Assembly: GCF_024223415.1 (NCBI RefSeq)
Contig: NZ_CP100500.1
Length of the DNA stretch: 64,000 nt
Source: Escherichia coli
Lineage (GTDB): Bacteria; Pseudomonadota; Gammaproteobacteria; Enterobacterales; Enterobacteriaceae
Direction: 5' to 3' (one strand)
Both the position numbers and the translations under genes were made by a program. Below the pieces are notes generated by a model, which had not been told where the DNA came from, did no database searches, and worked only from the letters and a program-made list of their open reading frames with translations. Below, in pieces: positions 21,684-31,752 of the stretch (within the stretch, counting starts at the first letter, position 1; every line of letters begins with the position of its first letter).

Positions 21684-22061
21684 TTACGGGCCTGTGGGAT
21701 CAGGTTGTTTTTTGTCTGATTCCAGAGGGAAGGGACGCTGTTTCGGTTCTCTGAACTTTAGTGATAATGAATTGAAAATCCTCATTTTTTGCTGCCATGC
21801 ATAATGTCTGTCCCATGAACAGGGGGGGCTCAATTCTTCATTCACCCATGCGTTAATATCTTGTTTCAGGTGTTGAAGCATACGGGGTGTTAATGCACTC
21901 ATAATAATATCCAGCGTTTTATGCGAGAGTTTACCGTAAGGGTCTGCAAGGATGCTGCTCGTTGCTTCGTTATTATCCACCATAAGTGGAAGTAGCGCTG
22001 ATTTAACTTTTTCTGTCATTAGTTGCAAAAATCTACTGCGCAAATTTTCTTTACTGTTCAT
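21684..22061 (-). CDS. hypothetical protein between holin and endolysin (opposite strand)
   Basis: 125 aa ORF, no recognisable domain. Confidence 0.4.
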   Translation of the reverse strand: MNSKENLRSRFLQLMTEKVKSALLPLMVDNNEATSSILADPYGKLSHKTLDIIMSALTPRMLQHLKQDINAWVNEELSPPCSWDRHYAWQQKMRIFNSLSLKFREPKQRPFPLESDKKQPDPTGP

Positions 22062-22184
22062 TTCTGAAGCCTCATCTGTTGTCGTTTGGTTTTCCTGAAC
22101 GGGTATGTTTATGAGACATGCTGGTACTGGATTATATACCTGATATATCCAGGGTTATAAACCTTTAGATCCTGATAAATATAC

Positions 22185-22718
22185 ATGAACGCAAAAATCA
22201 GATACGGCCTGTCGGCTGCCGTTCTGGCGCTGATTGGTGCTGGCGCATCTGCTCCTCAGATACTTGATCAGTTTCTGGACGAAAAAGAGGGTAACCACAC
22301 AACGGCATACCGCGATGGGTCCGGCATCTGGACCATCTGTCGGGGTGCCACGATGGTGGATGGAAAACCCGTTTTTCCCGGAATGAAGCTGTCGAAGGAA
22401 AAATGCGACCAGGTTAACGCTATTGAACGTGATAAGGCACTGGCATGGGTGGAGCGCAATATTAAAGTACCTCTGACCGAACCACAGAAAGCGGGTATTG
22501 CGTCATTCTGTCCCTATAACATTGGCCCCGGTAAGTGTTTCCCGTCGACGTTTTATAAGCGGCTTAATGCCGGTGATCGAAAAGGCGCCTGCGAGGCGAT
22601 TCGCTGGTGGATAAAGGATGGTGGGCGCGATTGCCGCATACGTTCAAATAACTGCTATGGACAGGTTATTCGTCGTGACCAGGAAAGCGCATTAGCCTGT
22701 TGGGGGATAGATCAGTGA
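22185..22718 (+). CDS. SAR endolysin (T4-lysozyme-like, GH24)
   Basis: 177 aa; N-terminal signal-anchor-release helix ([15 protein letters not shown]), catalytic E..D..T triad context ([20 protein letters not shown]). Confidence 0.85.
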   Translation: MNAKIRYGLSAAVLALIGAGASAPQILDQFLDEKEGNHTTAYRDGSGIWTICRGATMVDGKPVFPGMKLSKEKCDQVNAIERDKALAWVERNIKVPLTEPQKAGIASFCPYNIGPGKCFPSTFYKRLNAGDRKGACEAIRWWIKDGGRDCRIRSNNCYGQVIRRDQESALACWGIDQ

Positions 22719-23182
22719 GCAGAGTCGCCGCGATTATTTATGCTCTGGTTATCTGCATCATCGTCTGCCTGTCGTGGGCGGTCAATCATTACCGTGATAA
22801 CGCCATCGCCTACAAAGAACAGCGAGATAAAAAAGTCAGTGAGCTGAAGCAGGCGACCGCCACCATTACTGACATGCAGCAACGCCAGCGTGCTGCTGAT
22901 GTACTCGATGCTAAATACACGAAGGAGTTAGCTGATGCGAAAGCTAAAAATGATGCTCTTCGGCGCAAGCTTGATAATGGTGGCAGGGTGCTCGTCAAAG
23001 GAAAATGCCCTGTGCCATCCTCAGCCGAAACCTCCAGCGCCTCCGGCATGGGCAATGATGCCACCGTCGAACTCTCTCCAGTTGCTGGACGAAACGTTCT
23101 CGGTGTCCGGGACGGAATTATCCGCGACCAAACAGCACTGAGAACGCTTCAGGAATACATCAGGACGCAATGCCTTCGATGA
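22700..23182 (+). CDS. i-spanin Rz
   Basis: 160 aa; N-terminal TM helix, coiled-coil periplasmic domain, overlaps endolysin 3' end. Confidence 0.75.
   Translation: MGDRSVSRVAAIIYALVICIIVCLSWAVNHYRDNAIAYKEQRDKKVSELKQATATITDMQQRQRAADVLDAKYTKELADAKAKNDALRRKLDNGGRVLVKGKCPVPSSAETSSASGMGNDATVELSPVAGRNVLGVRDGIIRDQTALRTLQEYIRTQCLR
22935..23141 (+). CDS. o-spanin Rz1 (lipoprotein embedded in Rz in another frame)
   Basis: 68 aa; lipobox LIMVAGCSS, Pro-rich mature part; fully embedded in Rz. Confidence 0.7.
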   Translation: MRKLKMMLFGASLIMVAGCSSKENALCHPQPKPPAPPAWAMMPPSNSLQLLDETFSVSGTELSATKQH

Positions 23183-23400
23183 TAGCGATAATTTTACTCA
23201 TCATCCTTCACATCTGGCTCTGTAGACAGGGTGGTGATCACTTCTGGAGTGAATCCAGATTAAACATCTCATTGCTGATTCTTGATATTGAGCATCTGGC
23301 GCGCGGTAAGGGGCTGCGTTGAGATAAGAGCCAGTCATCACAAACACCAGGATTTAGCCTCGCATTCGCGGGGCTTTTTATTGCAACAAAGGTAAAGACG

Positions 23401-23688
23401 ATGGATGAAGAATATCGTAAAAACCTGCAACTGTGGTTTGGTCTTACGCATGCGTCGTTCTGCGTGATGCCGCGAGTATTCATGGAGGCTATGCCACCAG
23501 AATGGCAAGAGAAGATGGCTCAGTTGCTTTTTGAGTATAGCGACACAATCAAAACGGATGTCTGCGGAGTTCACAGCTGTTTTGTTACTGCCAAAGACGG
23601 CAACAACCGCTTTATGAGGATGCCAGAAGATATTCTGAACTATCGTCATCCCCGACGTGAATTCATCGAATCATTTCTGAAGAAGTAG
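23401..23688 (+). CDS. hypothetical protein
   Basis: 95 aa ORF downstream of lysis cassette. Confidence 0.4.
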   Translation: MDEEYRKNLQLWFGLTHASFCVMPRVFMEAMPPEWQEKMAQLLFEYSDTIKTDVCGVHSCFVTAKDGNNRFMRMPEDILNYRHPRREFIESFLKK

Positions 23689-24309
23689 CCATTACAAAGC
23701 CTATCTACGGGTGGGCTTGATAATGAAACCAGAATTTATTCTGGGAAACCAGTTACGGCAGTACAGCGAAACAACCCAAGCCAGTAAGTGGGGAAATAAC
23801 ACTGGCAGCCACTGAAAGATGAACCTCCTGCCTTATGGCAAAAAAGATTCTTTGTGGTGGCGGACTGATGGAAAGACATCGGTTATTGCAGAGACCATTC
23901 AATGAGTGGTCTCGACAATGGCTTATACCCTACACGGGATAACTTAACTGATATCCCTTTTAACGGATAAAGGTATTCAAGCCTGACATATCATGCGCTG
24001 TATCGTCGCCGTATTCCCGTATTAACAGAGACCGTAGCCCGACGGGGAACTCCTTCTGCGCGAGTGTGCGGGAATAATCAAAAACGATGCACACCGGGTT
24101 TTTACCGCGTTTATGGTTCGCGGGTTTGTCCCTCATGCTCGCCAGTCCGGTGCGATGGTGGAAGAAACCGGAAGCTGTATTACAGAAAGTGCTACTACTG
24201 TATCCTGATGCGATGTATGTAATGTGAGTCAGATAATGGCACAGGATGTGGTGATGTGGCAGTCTGGAACACAGGATATATTGTCAGAATAAGACCCGTA
24301 GGAATAAAA

Positions 24310-24636
24310 ATGAAAAGACGCCTTTCACTACTTTTTCTGTTATCTGCCCTGGCAGTGGGATGCTCGCAGCAAAAAGCTGATGAGCCCCGGCAATTAGTGA
24401 CGGTGTATCCACGATATCCGGAATATGCTGCAGCAAATTATATCAAGGGGCTGGTTGAGGTTAAGTTCGATATTGGTGCTGACGGGACTGTGACACGGAT
24501 CGTTTTTCTCCGCTCAGAGCCTCATAATTTGTTTCGTGATGAAGTGGTGAAGGCCATGGCGAAATGGAGATTTGAAAAGAATAGTCCCCGTCAGGGAGTG
24601 AAGAGACAATTTATCTTTACGCCATCACGTCCCTGA
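24310..24636 (+). CDS. TonB C-terminal-domain-like lipoprotein
   Basis: Internal Met of ORF 24256..24636 gives MKRRLSLLFLLSALAVGCSQQK (lipobox), followed by a TonB-C-like region (YPRYPEYAAANYIKGLVEVKFDIGADGTV). Confidence 0.55.
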   Translation: MKRRLSLLFLLSALAVGCSQQKADEPRQLVTVYPRYPEYAAANYIKGLVEVKFDIGADGTVTRIVFLRSEPHNLFRDEVVKAMAKWRFEKNSPRQGVKRQFIFTPSRP

Positions 24637-25000
24637 TGCTTCCAGGTAGAGAGGGGCTGGAAGCAGGAGAAAAATGAAAGAGCCAGCGGTTATATTTTTG
24701 TCATGGCTGACGAGAAATGATGGAAGAAGGCGTTGTATGCCACACAACGCCTCACTGTTCATTTCTTCTTTTTCTCTGGTGTAACCCGATGAATAAGAGT
24801 TGCACTGGTTTCCGATGAGATGGCGATATGCTCGGGCAAAGTATGCTGGCAGTTTTCCAACTGGTCAAAAATACCTGCTCTCGTCTGTTGCAATGCCTGC
24901 AGCATGCGGCGGCAATGCGCCTTTGCTTTTGCTAACCATCTTTCCTTACTCTATCAGTCGCTGCGTGAACTCATCATGGAATACCAGGTAAATGCGGATG

Positions 25001-25252
25001 TTATCGGTTTTGGCTACGCAGCATAGTACAAAACGGACAGGTGCATCCCGGAATGGGGGAGGCGTCACATGTCCCTGTGATGGTTGTTCCGGGTAATGCA
25101 CTGTGTGGGGCATAAAAATGTCCGATAATTTTACTTTCTACCGCAGTTAGTTGATTCGTTGGTCCTGGTAGCACATTGGGCGAGGGTTTAAATGCCAGGC
25201 AACTGAAGGATGATGTTGCAAGGGAGATAGCGAGAATATTTCTGATTTTCAT
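25001..25252 (-). CDS. small secreted Cys-rich protein (hypothetical)
   Basis: ORF 25001..25318; likely start at MKIRNILAISLATSSFSCLA (signal peptide); start uncertain. Confidence 0.3.
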   Translation of the reverse strand: MKIRNILAISLATSSFSCLAFKPSPNVLPGPTNQLTAVESKIIGHFYAPHSALPGTTITGTCDASPIPGCTCPFCTMLRSQNR

Positions 25253-25399
25253 TTGATGATGCCTCTGTGTGAAATGACGGTAAACGACGCACTTGTGCCG
25301 GCACATAATAGCAAGCATCAGAATAGATCAGATTCGATTCTTGCTGTAAGTGATAATTATTCTCGTTTTTTTCGGGTCCTTTCCGGCGATCCAACAGGT

Positions 25400-25560
25400 T
25401 ACGGGGCGTCGACCTCGCGCGTTTTCGCTATTTATGAAAATTTTCCGGGATCCATGTCCGGTTTCTCTGCAAGTTAACTATATGAAAAATATAAAAACAT
25501 GCTTTCTGCGAACCGGACATGTGCAAAAAATGTACAAACAAACCGGACATATGCGTGCGT
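25400..25560. other. cos site: lambda-like cosN (gggcgtcgacct) plus cosB-like R repeats
   Basis: 25401-25446 matches my recollection of lambda cos (GGGCGGCGACCTCGCGGGTTTTCGCTATTTATGAAAATTTTCCGG) with few mismatches; downstream aaccggacat repeated three times (one inverted). Confidence 0.7.
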
Positions 25561-25627
25561 TTGCATAAAGTTGCTCGCAAGATGCATGTTTAAAACGCAT
25601 GAGGGGAGATTTTTTGCGAGGTGAACA

Positions 25628-26137
25628 GTGGCTACGCAGACTGAAGTTGCCAGGCATTTGAGTCTGACCGATCGCCAGCTTCGCAGACTGCAGAAATTGC
25701 CGGGTGCCCCGATATCGAATAAGCGAGGGCAACTGGATCTGGATGCCTGGCGTGATTTTTACATATCGTATCTGAGAAGAAGTAAAAACGATGTGCCTGA
25801 TGGCGATAGCGAAGACGACTATGAGGAGAAATTGCTTATTGCCAGATGGGAACTGACAGCAGAACAGGCTGTTACACAGCAGTTAAAAAATGAGGTGTCA
25901 AAAGGAAAACTTATTGACACCGGATTCTGTATTTTTGCCCTCAGCAAGCTGGCAATGGCGTTATCCAGTACGCTTGATTCCATCCCTTTATCCATGCAAC
26001 GACAGTTTCCTGATTTAACACCGCGCCATCTTGACCATCTGAAAACCCTTATTGCGAAGGGGGCAAATCAGTGTGCGCGGGCAGGGGATAAATTACCGGA
26101 TTTACTCGATGAATATATCAGAGCAACAACTGAATAA
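25628..26137 (+). CDS. nu1: terminase small subunit (Nu1-like)
   Basis: 169 aa with N-terminal HTH, immediately upstream of and overlapping the large terminase gene, just downstream of cos. Confidence 0.7.
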   Translation: MATQTEVARHLSLTDRQLRRLQKLPGAPISNKRGQLDLDAWRDFYISYLRRSKNDVPDGDSEDDYEEKLLIARWELTAEQAVTQQLKNEVSKGKLIDTGFCIFALSKLAMALSSTLDSIPLSMQRQFPDLTPRHLDHLKTLIAKGANQCARAGDKLPDLLDEYIRATTE

Positions 26138-28037
26138 TATGATGAGTGCTGTCACAACAGCATTACAGCCCCTGATAAGGGCATTGCCGGTGACGGCAGT
26201 TGAATGGGCTGATCAAAATTATTATCTGCCTAAAGAATCTTCATATGGTGAGGGAGAATGGAAAACGCTGCCGTTCCAGATCGCCATCATGAACTGTATG
26301 GGCAACGATCTGATTCGCACTGTTAACCTGATTAAATCTGCCCGTGTTGGTTATACAAAGATGTTGCTGGGGGTGGTCGGGTATTTTATTGAGCATAAAT
26401 CCCGAAACAGTCTGCTTTTTCAGCCCACGGATTCTGCCGCTGAAGATTTTATGAAGTCTCACGTGGAGACGACGATTAGGGACGTGCCATGCCTGAAAGA
26501 CCTTTCCCCATGGCTGGGTCGTAAACATCGTGATAATACCCTCACGCTGAAACGCTTTTCATCGGGCGTCGGTTTCTGGTGCCTGGGCGGCGCTGCCGCC
26601 AAAAACTACCGTGAAAAATCCGTGGACGTGGTCTGCTATGACGAACTCTCATCGTTTGAACCTGATGTTGAAAAAGAGGGCTCGCCAACCCTGCTGGGGG
26701 ATAAGCGTATTGAGGGCTCTGTATGGCCAAAATCCATTCGCGGCTCGACGCCTAAAATCAAAGGCTCCTGCCAGATCGAAAAAGCCGCTAACGAGTCGGC
26801 ACATTTCATGCGTTTTTATGTGCCCTGTCCGCACTGTGGGGAGGAGCAGTATCTGAAATTTGGTGATGATGCCTCGGCTTTCGGTCTTAAGTGGGAGAAG
26901 AATAAGCCAGAAAGTGTTTTCTACCTTTGTGAGCATCATGGCTGTGTGATCCATCAGTCTGAGCTTGACCAGAGTAACGGGCGGTGGATCTGTGAAAACA
27001 CGGGGATGTGGACCCGTGACGGTCTGACGTTTTTCAGCGCCCGGGGTGATGAAATTCCGCCGCCGCGCTCCATCACTTTCCATATCTGGACGGCGTACAG
27101 TCCGTTCACCACCTGGGTACAGATAGTCTATGACTGGCTGGATGCACTGAAAGATCCCAACGGCCTGAAAACCTTTGTGAACACCACGCTGGGCGAGACC
27201 TGGGAAGAGGCCGTGGGCGAAAAACTCGATCACCAGGTACTGATGGATAAGGTTGTGCGTTACACGGCGGCGGTGCCTGCCCGGGTGGTTTATCTGACGG
27301 CGGGCATTGACTCGCAGCGAAACCGTTTTGAGATGTATGTCTGGGGATGGGCTCCGGGAGAGGAAGCCTTTCTGGTGGATAAAATCATCATTATGGGACG
27401 TCCCGATGAGGAAGAGACGCTGTTACGTGTGGATGCGGCGATCAACAAAAAATACTGCCATGCAGACGGAACCGAAATGACCATTTCCCGTGTCTGCTGG
27501 GACATCGGGGGGATCGATGGCGAAATCGTTTATCAGAGGTCAAAAAAACACGGTGTTTTCCGGGTGCTGCCGGTAAAAGGCGCATCTGTCTATGGCAAGC
27601 CGGTGATCACCATGCCAAAAACCCGCAATCAGCGGGGCGTGTATCTGTGTGAAGTGGGGACGGACACCGCAAAAGAAATTCTCTATGCCCGTATGAAAGC
27701 CGCTCCCACGCCTGCGGATGAATCCACGTCGTATGCCATCCGTTTTCCTGATGATCCGGAGATTTTTTCGCAGACAGAGGCGCAGCAACTGGTCGCGGAA
27801 GAGCTTGTGGAGAAGTGGGAAAAAGGAAAGATGCGTCTGCTGTGGGATAACAAAAAGCGGCGTAACGAAGCGCTGGACTGCCTGGTGTATGCCTACGCGG
27901 CATTACGTGTGTCCGTGCAACGCTGGCAGCTTGATCTGGCTGTACTGGCAAAATCCCGGGAAGAAGAGACGACCCGGCCAACCCTTAAAGAACTGGCAGC
28001 GAAGCTGTCCGGAGGAGTGAATGGTTACAGTCGCTGA
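26109..28037 (+). CDS. A: terminase large subunit (lambda gpA-like)
   Basis: Start at internal Met of ORF 26052..28037 (MNISEQQLNN...); matches my recollection of lambda gpA along its length (e.g. KRFSSGVGFWCLGG, FYVPCPHCGEEQYLKFGD). Confidence 0.93.
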   Translation: MNISEQQLNNMMSAVTTALQPLIRALPVTAVEWADQNYYLPKESSYGEGEWKTLPFQIAIMNCMGNDLIRTVNLIKSARVGYTKMLLGVVGYFIEHKSRNSLLFQPTDSAAEDFMKSHVETTIRDVPCLKDLSPWLGRKHRDNTLTLKRFSSGVGFWCLGGAAAKNYREKSVDVVCYDELSSFEPDVEKEGSPTLLGDKRIEGSVWPKSIRGSTPKIKGSCQIEKAANESAHFMRFYVPCPHCGEEQYLKFGDDASAFGLKWEKNKPESVFYLCEHHGCVIHQSELDQSNGRWICENTGMWTRDGLTFFSARGDEIPPPRSITFHIWTAYSPFTTWVQIVYDWLDALKDPNGLKTFVNTTLGETWEEAVGEKLDHQVLMDKVVRYTAAVPARVVYLTAGIDSQRNRFEMYVWGWAPGEEAFLVDKIIIMGRPDEEETLLRVDAAINKKYCHADGTEMTISRVCWDIGGIDGEIVYQRSKKHGVFRVLPVKGASVYGKPVITMPKTRNQRGVYLCEVGTDTAKEILYARMKAAPTPADESTSYAIRFPDDPEIFSQTEAQQLVAEELVEKWEKGKMRLLWDNKKRRNEALDCLVYAYAALRVSVQRWQLDLAVLAKSREEETTRPTLKELAAKLSGGVNGYSR

Positions 28038-28227
28038 ACTGCAGGCGCTGCGTCAGGCGCGCCTTGATTTATTAACCGGTAAACGGGTGGTGTCTGTCCA
28101 GAAAGATGGTCGCAGAATTGAATATACGGCGGCTTCTCTGGATGAGCTTAACCGGGCGATCAATGATGCGGAGTCGGTACTGGGGACAACCCGACGTCGC
28201 CGTCGTCCGCTGGGAGTGAGGTTATGA
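28021..28227 (+). CDS. W: head-tail joining protein gpW
   Basis: 68 aa, resembles lambda gpW (LTGKRVVSVQKDGRRIEYTAAS). Confidence 0.85.
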   Translation: MVTVAELQALRQARLDLLTGKRVVSVQKDGRRIEYTAASLDELNRAINDAESVLGTTRRRRRPLGVRL

Positions 28228-29816
28228 AAAGAACGCCTGTCCTGATTGATGTGAACGGCGTTCCGCTTCGTGAGAGTCTCAGCTACAACGGGGGCGGCGC
28301 AGGATTTGGCGGGCAAATGGCGGAGTGGTTGCCACCGGCGCAGAGTGTCGATGCGGCCCTGCTGCCCGCGTTGCGTCTGGGGAATGCCCGGGCAGATGAT
28401 CTGGTGCGCAATAACGGAATAGCGGCTAATGCGGTGGCCCTGCATAAGGATCACATAGTCGGGCATATGTTTCTGATCAGCTACCGTCCGAACTGGCGCT
28501 GGCTGGGGATGCGGGAGACCGCAGCAAAAAGCTTTGTCGATGAGGTGGAGGCGGCCTGGTCGGAATACGCCGAAGGGATGTCTGGCGAGATCGACGTGGA
28601 AGGAAAACGCACGTTCACGGAATTTATCCGGGAAGGCGTGGGCGTTCATGCGTTTAACGGCGAAATCTTTGTGCAGCCGGTCTGGGATGCGGAGACTACG
28701 CAGCTGTTTCGTACGCGTTTTAAAGCCGTGAGTCCGAAACGGGTGGACACGCCAGGATACGGTTTGGGGAACCGCTTTCTGCGGGCCGGGGTGGAGGTCG
28801 ATCGGCATGGACGGGCCGTTGCGTACCATATCTGTGAGGATGATTTTCCGCTCTCTGGTAGTGGACGATGGGAACGGATCCCGCGTGAACTTCCCACCGG
28901 GCGTCCGGCCATGCTGCATATTTTCGAGCCGGTTGAGGACGGGCAGACCCGTGGGGCTAATCAGTTTTACAGCGTCATGGAACGGCTGAAAATGCTCGAT
29001 TCCCTGCAGGCAACACAGCTTCAGTCAGCCATAGTGAAGGCGATGTATGCAGCGACGATTGAAAGTGAACTTGATACCGAAAAGGCCTTTGAATATATCG
29101 CCGGTGCGCCGGAGGGGCAGAAGGATAATCCGCTTATTAATATTCTGGAGAAGTTCTCCAGCTGGTATGACACGAATAACGTGACACTGGGCGGTGTCAA
29201 AATTCCGCACCTTTTCCCCGGTGATGATCTGAAACTACAGACTGCGCAGGATTCAGACAATGGATTTTCTGCGCTTGAACAGGCGCTGCTGCGGTATATC
29301 GCCGCCGGTCTTGGCGTTTCCTACGAACAGTTGTCCCGTGATTACTCGAAGGTCAGCTATTCAAGTGCCCGCGCCTCCGCCAATGAGTCGTGGCGCTATT
29401 TTATGGGGCGGCGAAAATTTATTGCGGCCCGGCTGGCCACGCAGATGTTTTCCTGCTGGCTGGAAGAGGCTCTTCTGCGGGGGATTATTCGTCCGCCACG
29501 GGCGCGTTTTGATTTTTATCAGGCGCGTTCATCCTGGTCACGGGCAGAGTGGATTGGAGCCGGAAGAATGGCCATTGACGGGCTCAAGGAGGTCCAGGAA
29601 TCGGTGATGCGCATTGAGGCCGGACTGAGCACGTATGAGAAAGAGCTGGCGCTGATGGGTGAGGATTATCAGGACATTTTCCGCCAGCAGGTCAGGGAAT
29701 CTGCAGAGCGGGAAAAAGCCGGACTCTCACGTCCGGTGTGGATAGCGCAGGCGTATCAGCAGCAGATAGCGGCGAGTCGCAGGCCGGAAGAGGAGACAAC
29801 ACCACGTGAGACGTAA
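28224..29816 (+). CDS. B: portal protein gpB
   Basis: 530 aa, lambda gpB-like, position after W. Confidence 0.9.
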   Translation: MKRTPVLIDVNGVPLRESLSYNGGGAGFGGQMAEWLPPAQSVDAALLPALRLGNARADDLVRNNGIAANAVALHKDHIVGHMFLISYRPNWRWLGMRETAAKSFVDEVEAAWSEYAEGMSGEIDVEGKRTFTEFIREGVGVHAFNGEIFVQPVWDAETTQLFRTRFKAVSPKRVDTPGYGLGNRFLRAGVEVDRHGRAVAYHICEDDFPLSGSGRWERIPRELPTGRPAMLHIFEPVEDGQTRGANQFYSVMERLKMLDSLQATQLQSAIVKAMYAATIESELDTEKAFEYIAGAPEGQKDNPLINILEKFSSWYDTNNVTLGGVKIPHLFPGDDLKLQTAQDSDNGFSALEQALLRYIAAGLGVSYEQLSRDYSKVSYSSARASANESWRYFMGRRKFIAARLATQMFSCWLEEALLRGIIRPPRARFDFYQARSSWSRAEWIGAGRMAIDGLKEVQESVMRIEAGLSTYEKELALMGEDYQDIFRQQVRESAEREKAGLSRPVWIAQAYQQQIAASRRPEEETTPRET

Positions 29817-31311
29817 TCTTTCACACATTATTGCCGCAGCATTCAATGAACCGCTGCTTCTGGAGCCCGCCTATGCGCGGGTTTTCTTTTGCGCGCTCGG
29901 GCGCGAGATGGGGGCAGCAAGTCTTTCGGTACCACAACAGCAGGTACAGCTTGATGCTCCCGGAATGCTGGCTGAAACGGACGAGTACATGGCCGGAGGT
30001 AAACGACCGGCCCGTGTTTACCGGGTGGTGAACGGTATTGCTGTACTGCCGGTGACCGGCATGCTGGTGCACCGGCTGGGTGGTATGCGGCCATTTTCCG
30101 GAATGACAGGCTATGACGGCATTGTCGCCTGTCTTCAGCAGGCAATGGCGGACACCGCTGTCCGGGGCGTACTGCTGGACATTGACAGTCCGGGCGGGCA
30201 GGTCGCAGGCGCGTTTGACTGCGCTGACATGATTTACCGCCTCCGTCAGCAGAAGCCGGTCTGGGCACTGTGCAATGACACGGCCTGTTCTGCAGCCATG
30301 CTGCTGGCGTCGGCCTGCTCCCGACGGCTGGTTACCCAGACATCCCGTATCGGCTCCATTGGCGTGATGATGAGCCATCTCAGCTATGCCGGTCATCTGG
30401 CGCAGGCCGGTGTGGATATCACGCTGATTTATGCCGGGGCGCACAAGGTGGATGGCAATCAGTTTGAAGCCTTACCGGAAGAGGTGCGTCAGGACATGCA
30501 GCAGCGCATTGATGCGGCACACCGGATGTTTGCCGAAAAAGTGGCGATGTATACCGGGCTGTCTGTGGATGTGGTCACGGGAACAGAGGCCGCCGTTTTT
30601 GAAGGTCAGTCCGGCATTGAGGCCGGGCTGGCGGATGAATTAGTCAATGCGTCGGATGCCATCAGTGTGATGACCACGGCGCTGTACACACATGATACAG
30701 GAGGCACTATGCCGCAATTAACTGCAACGGAAGCCGCCGCGCAGGAGAACCAGCGAGTGATGGGGATCCTGACGAGTAAGGAAGCGAAAGGACGTGAACA
30801 GCTTGCCACGATGCTGGCGGGACAACAGGGCATGAGCGTTGAACAGGCCCGGGAGATCCTGGCCGCGGCGGCACCACAGCAGCCGGTGGCATCCGCGCAG
30901 AGTGAAGCCGATCGCATTATGGCGTGTGAAGAGGCGAAAGGTCGTGAACAACTGGCGGCAACGCTGGCGGCGATGCCGGAGATGACGGTGGAAAAAGCCC
31001 GCCCGATCCTGGCAGCTTCACCGCAGGCGGATGCCGGACCATCACTCCGTGATCAGATCATGGCCCTGGATGAGGCAAAAGGGGCTGAGGCGCAGGCTGA
31101 ACAGCTGGCTGCCTGCCCGGGAATGACCGTGGAGAACGCCCGGGCTGTGCTGGCTGCGGGATCAGGTAAGGCAGAACCGGTCTCTGCATCCACAACCGCC
31201 ATGTTTGAACATTTCATGGCGAACCATTCACCGGCAGCGGTACAGGGTGGCGTGCCACAGACGTCAGCAGACGGTGATGCGGACGTGAAAATGCTCATGG
31301 CCATGCCATGA
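29806..31311 (+). CDS. C: head maturation protease/scaffold (gpC with in-frame Nu3-like region, S49 peptidase family)
   Basis: 501 aa; ClpP/S49-like N-terminal half, Ala-rich scaffold-like C-terminal half with three tandem ~30 aa repeats. Confidence 0.85.
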   Translation: MRRNLSHIIAAAFNEPLLLEPAYARVFFCALGREMGAASLSVPQQQVQLDAPGMLAETDEYMAGGKRPARVYRVVNGIAVLPVTGMLVHRLGGMRPFSGMTGYDGIVACLQQAMADTAVRGVLLDIDSPGGQVAGAFDCADMIYRLRQQKPVWALCNDTACSAAMLLASACSRRLVTQTSRIGSIGVMMSHLSYAGHLAQAGVDITLIYAGAHKVDGNQFEALPEEVRQDMQQRIDAAHRMFAEKVAMYTGLSVDVVTGTEAAVFEGQSGIEAGLADELVNASDAISVMTTALYTHDTGGTMPQLTATEAAAQENQRVMGILTSKEAKGREQLATMLAGQQGMSVEQAREILAAAAPQQPVASAQSEADRIMACEEAKGREQLAATLAAMPEMTVEKARPILAASPQADAGPSLRDQIMALDEAKGAEAQAEQLAACPGMTVENARAVLAAGSGKAEPVSASTTAMFEHFMANHSPAAVQGGVPQTSADGDADVKMLMAMP

Positions 31312-31347
31312 AGCCAGTGCTGACCATCAATAGGAGGTTTTTACAAT

Positions 31348-31695
31348 ATGGTAACGAAAACCATCACTGAACAGCGTGCGGAAGTACGTATTTTTGCCGG
31401 TAATGATCCGGCTCATACCGCCACAGGCAGCAGCGGGATTTCCTCGCCAACACCGGCACTGACGCCCCTGATGCTGGATGAAGCCACCGGGAAACTGGTG
31501 GTCTGGGACGGACAGAAAGCCGGTAGTGCGGTTGGCATACTGGTACTGCCGCTTGAAGGCACAGAGACGGTGCTGACGTATTACAAGTCGGGAACCTTTG
31601 CGACGGAGGCAATCCGCTGGCCTGACAGTGTGGATGAACACAAAAAGGCCAACGCCTTTGCCGGTAGTGCCCTGAGTCACGCGGCGCTGCCGTAA
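31348..31695 (+). CDS. D: head decoration protein gpD
   Basis: 115 aa, lambda gpD-like (DPAHTAT...TPLMLD...YKSGTF). Confidence 0.88.
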   Translation: MVTKTITEQRAEVRIFAGNDPAHTATGSSGISSPTPALTPLMLDEATGKLVVWDGQKAGSAVGILVLPLEGTETVLTYYKSGTFATEAIRWPDSVDEHKKANAFAGSALSHAALP

Positions 31696-31752
31696 CACGT
31701 TATCAGGCCACCGCGGTGGCCTGACTGATTTCTGAATGAAAGGAACTGATTT

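Noticed and set aside
24800-25026. Two overlapping 60-70 aa plus-strand ORFs upstream of cos
   Set aside because: Low-complexity translations, no start context or coupling; region is more plausibly non-coding leader DNA before the cos site
26241-27981. Antisense and alternative-frame ORFs within the large terminase gene
   Set aside because: Terminase sense frame is continuous and strongly lambda gpA-like; the others are by-products
29821-30951. Long antisense ORFs (up to 207 aa) across the gpC protease/scaffold gene
   Set aside because: GC-rich coding region; sense frame has clear S49 protease homology
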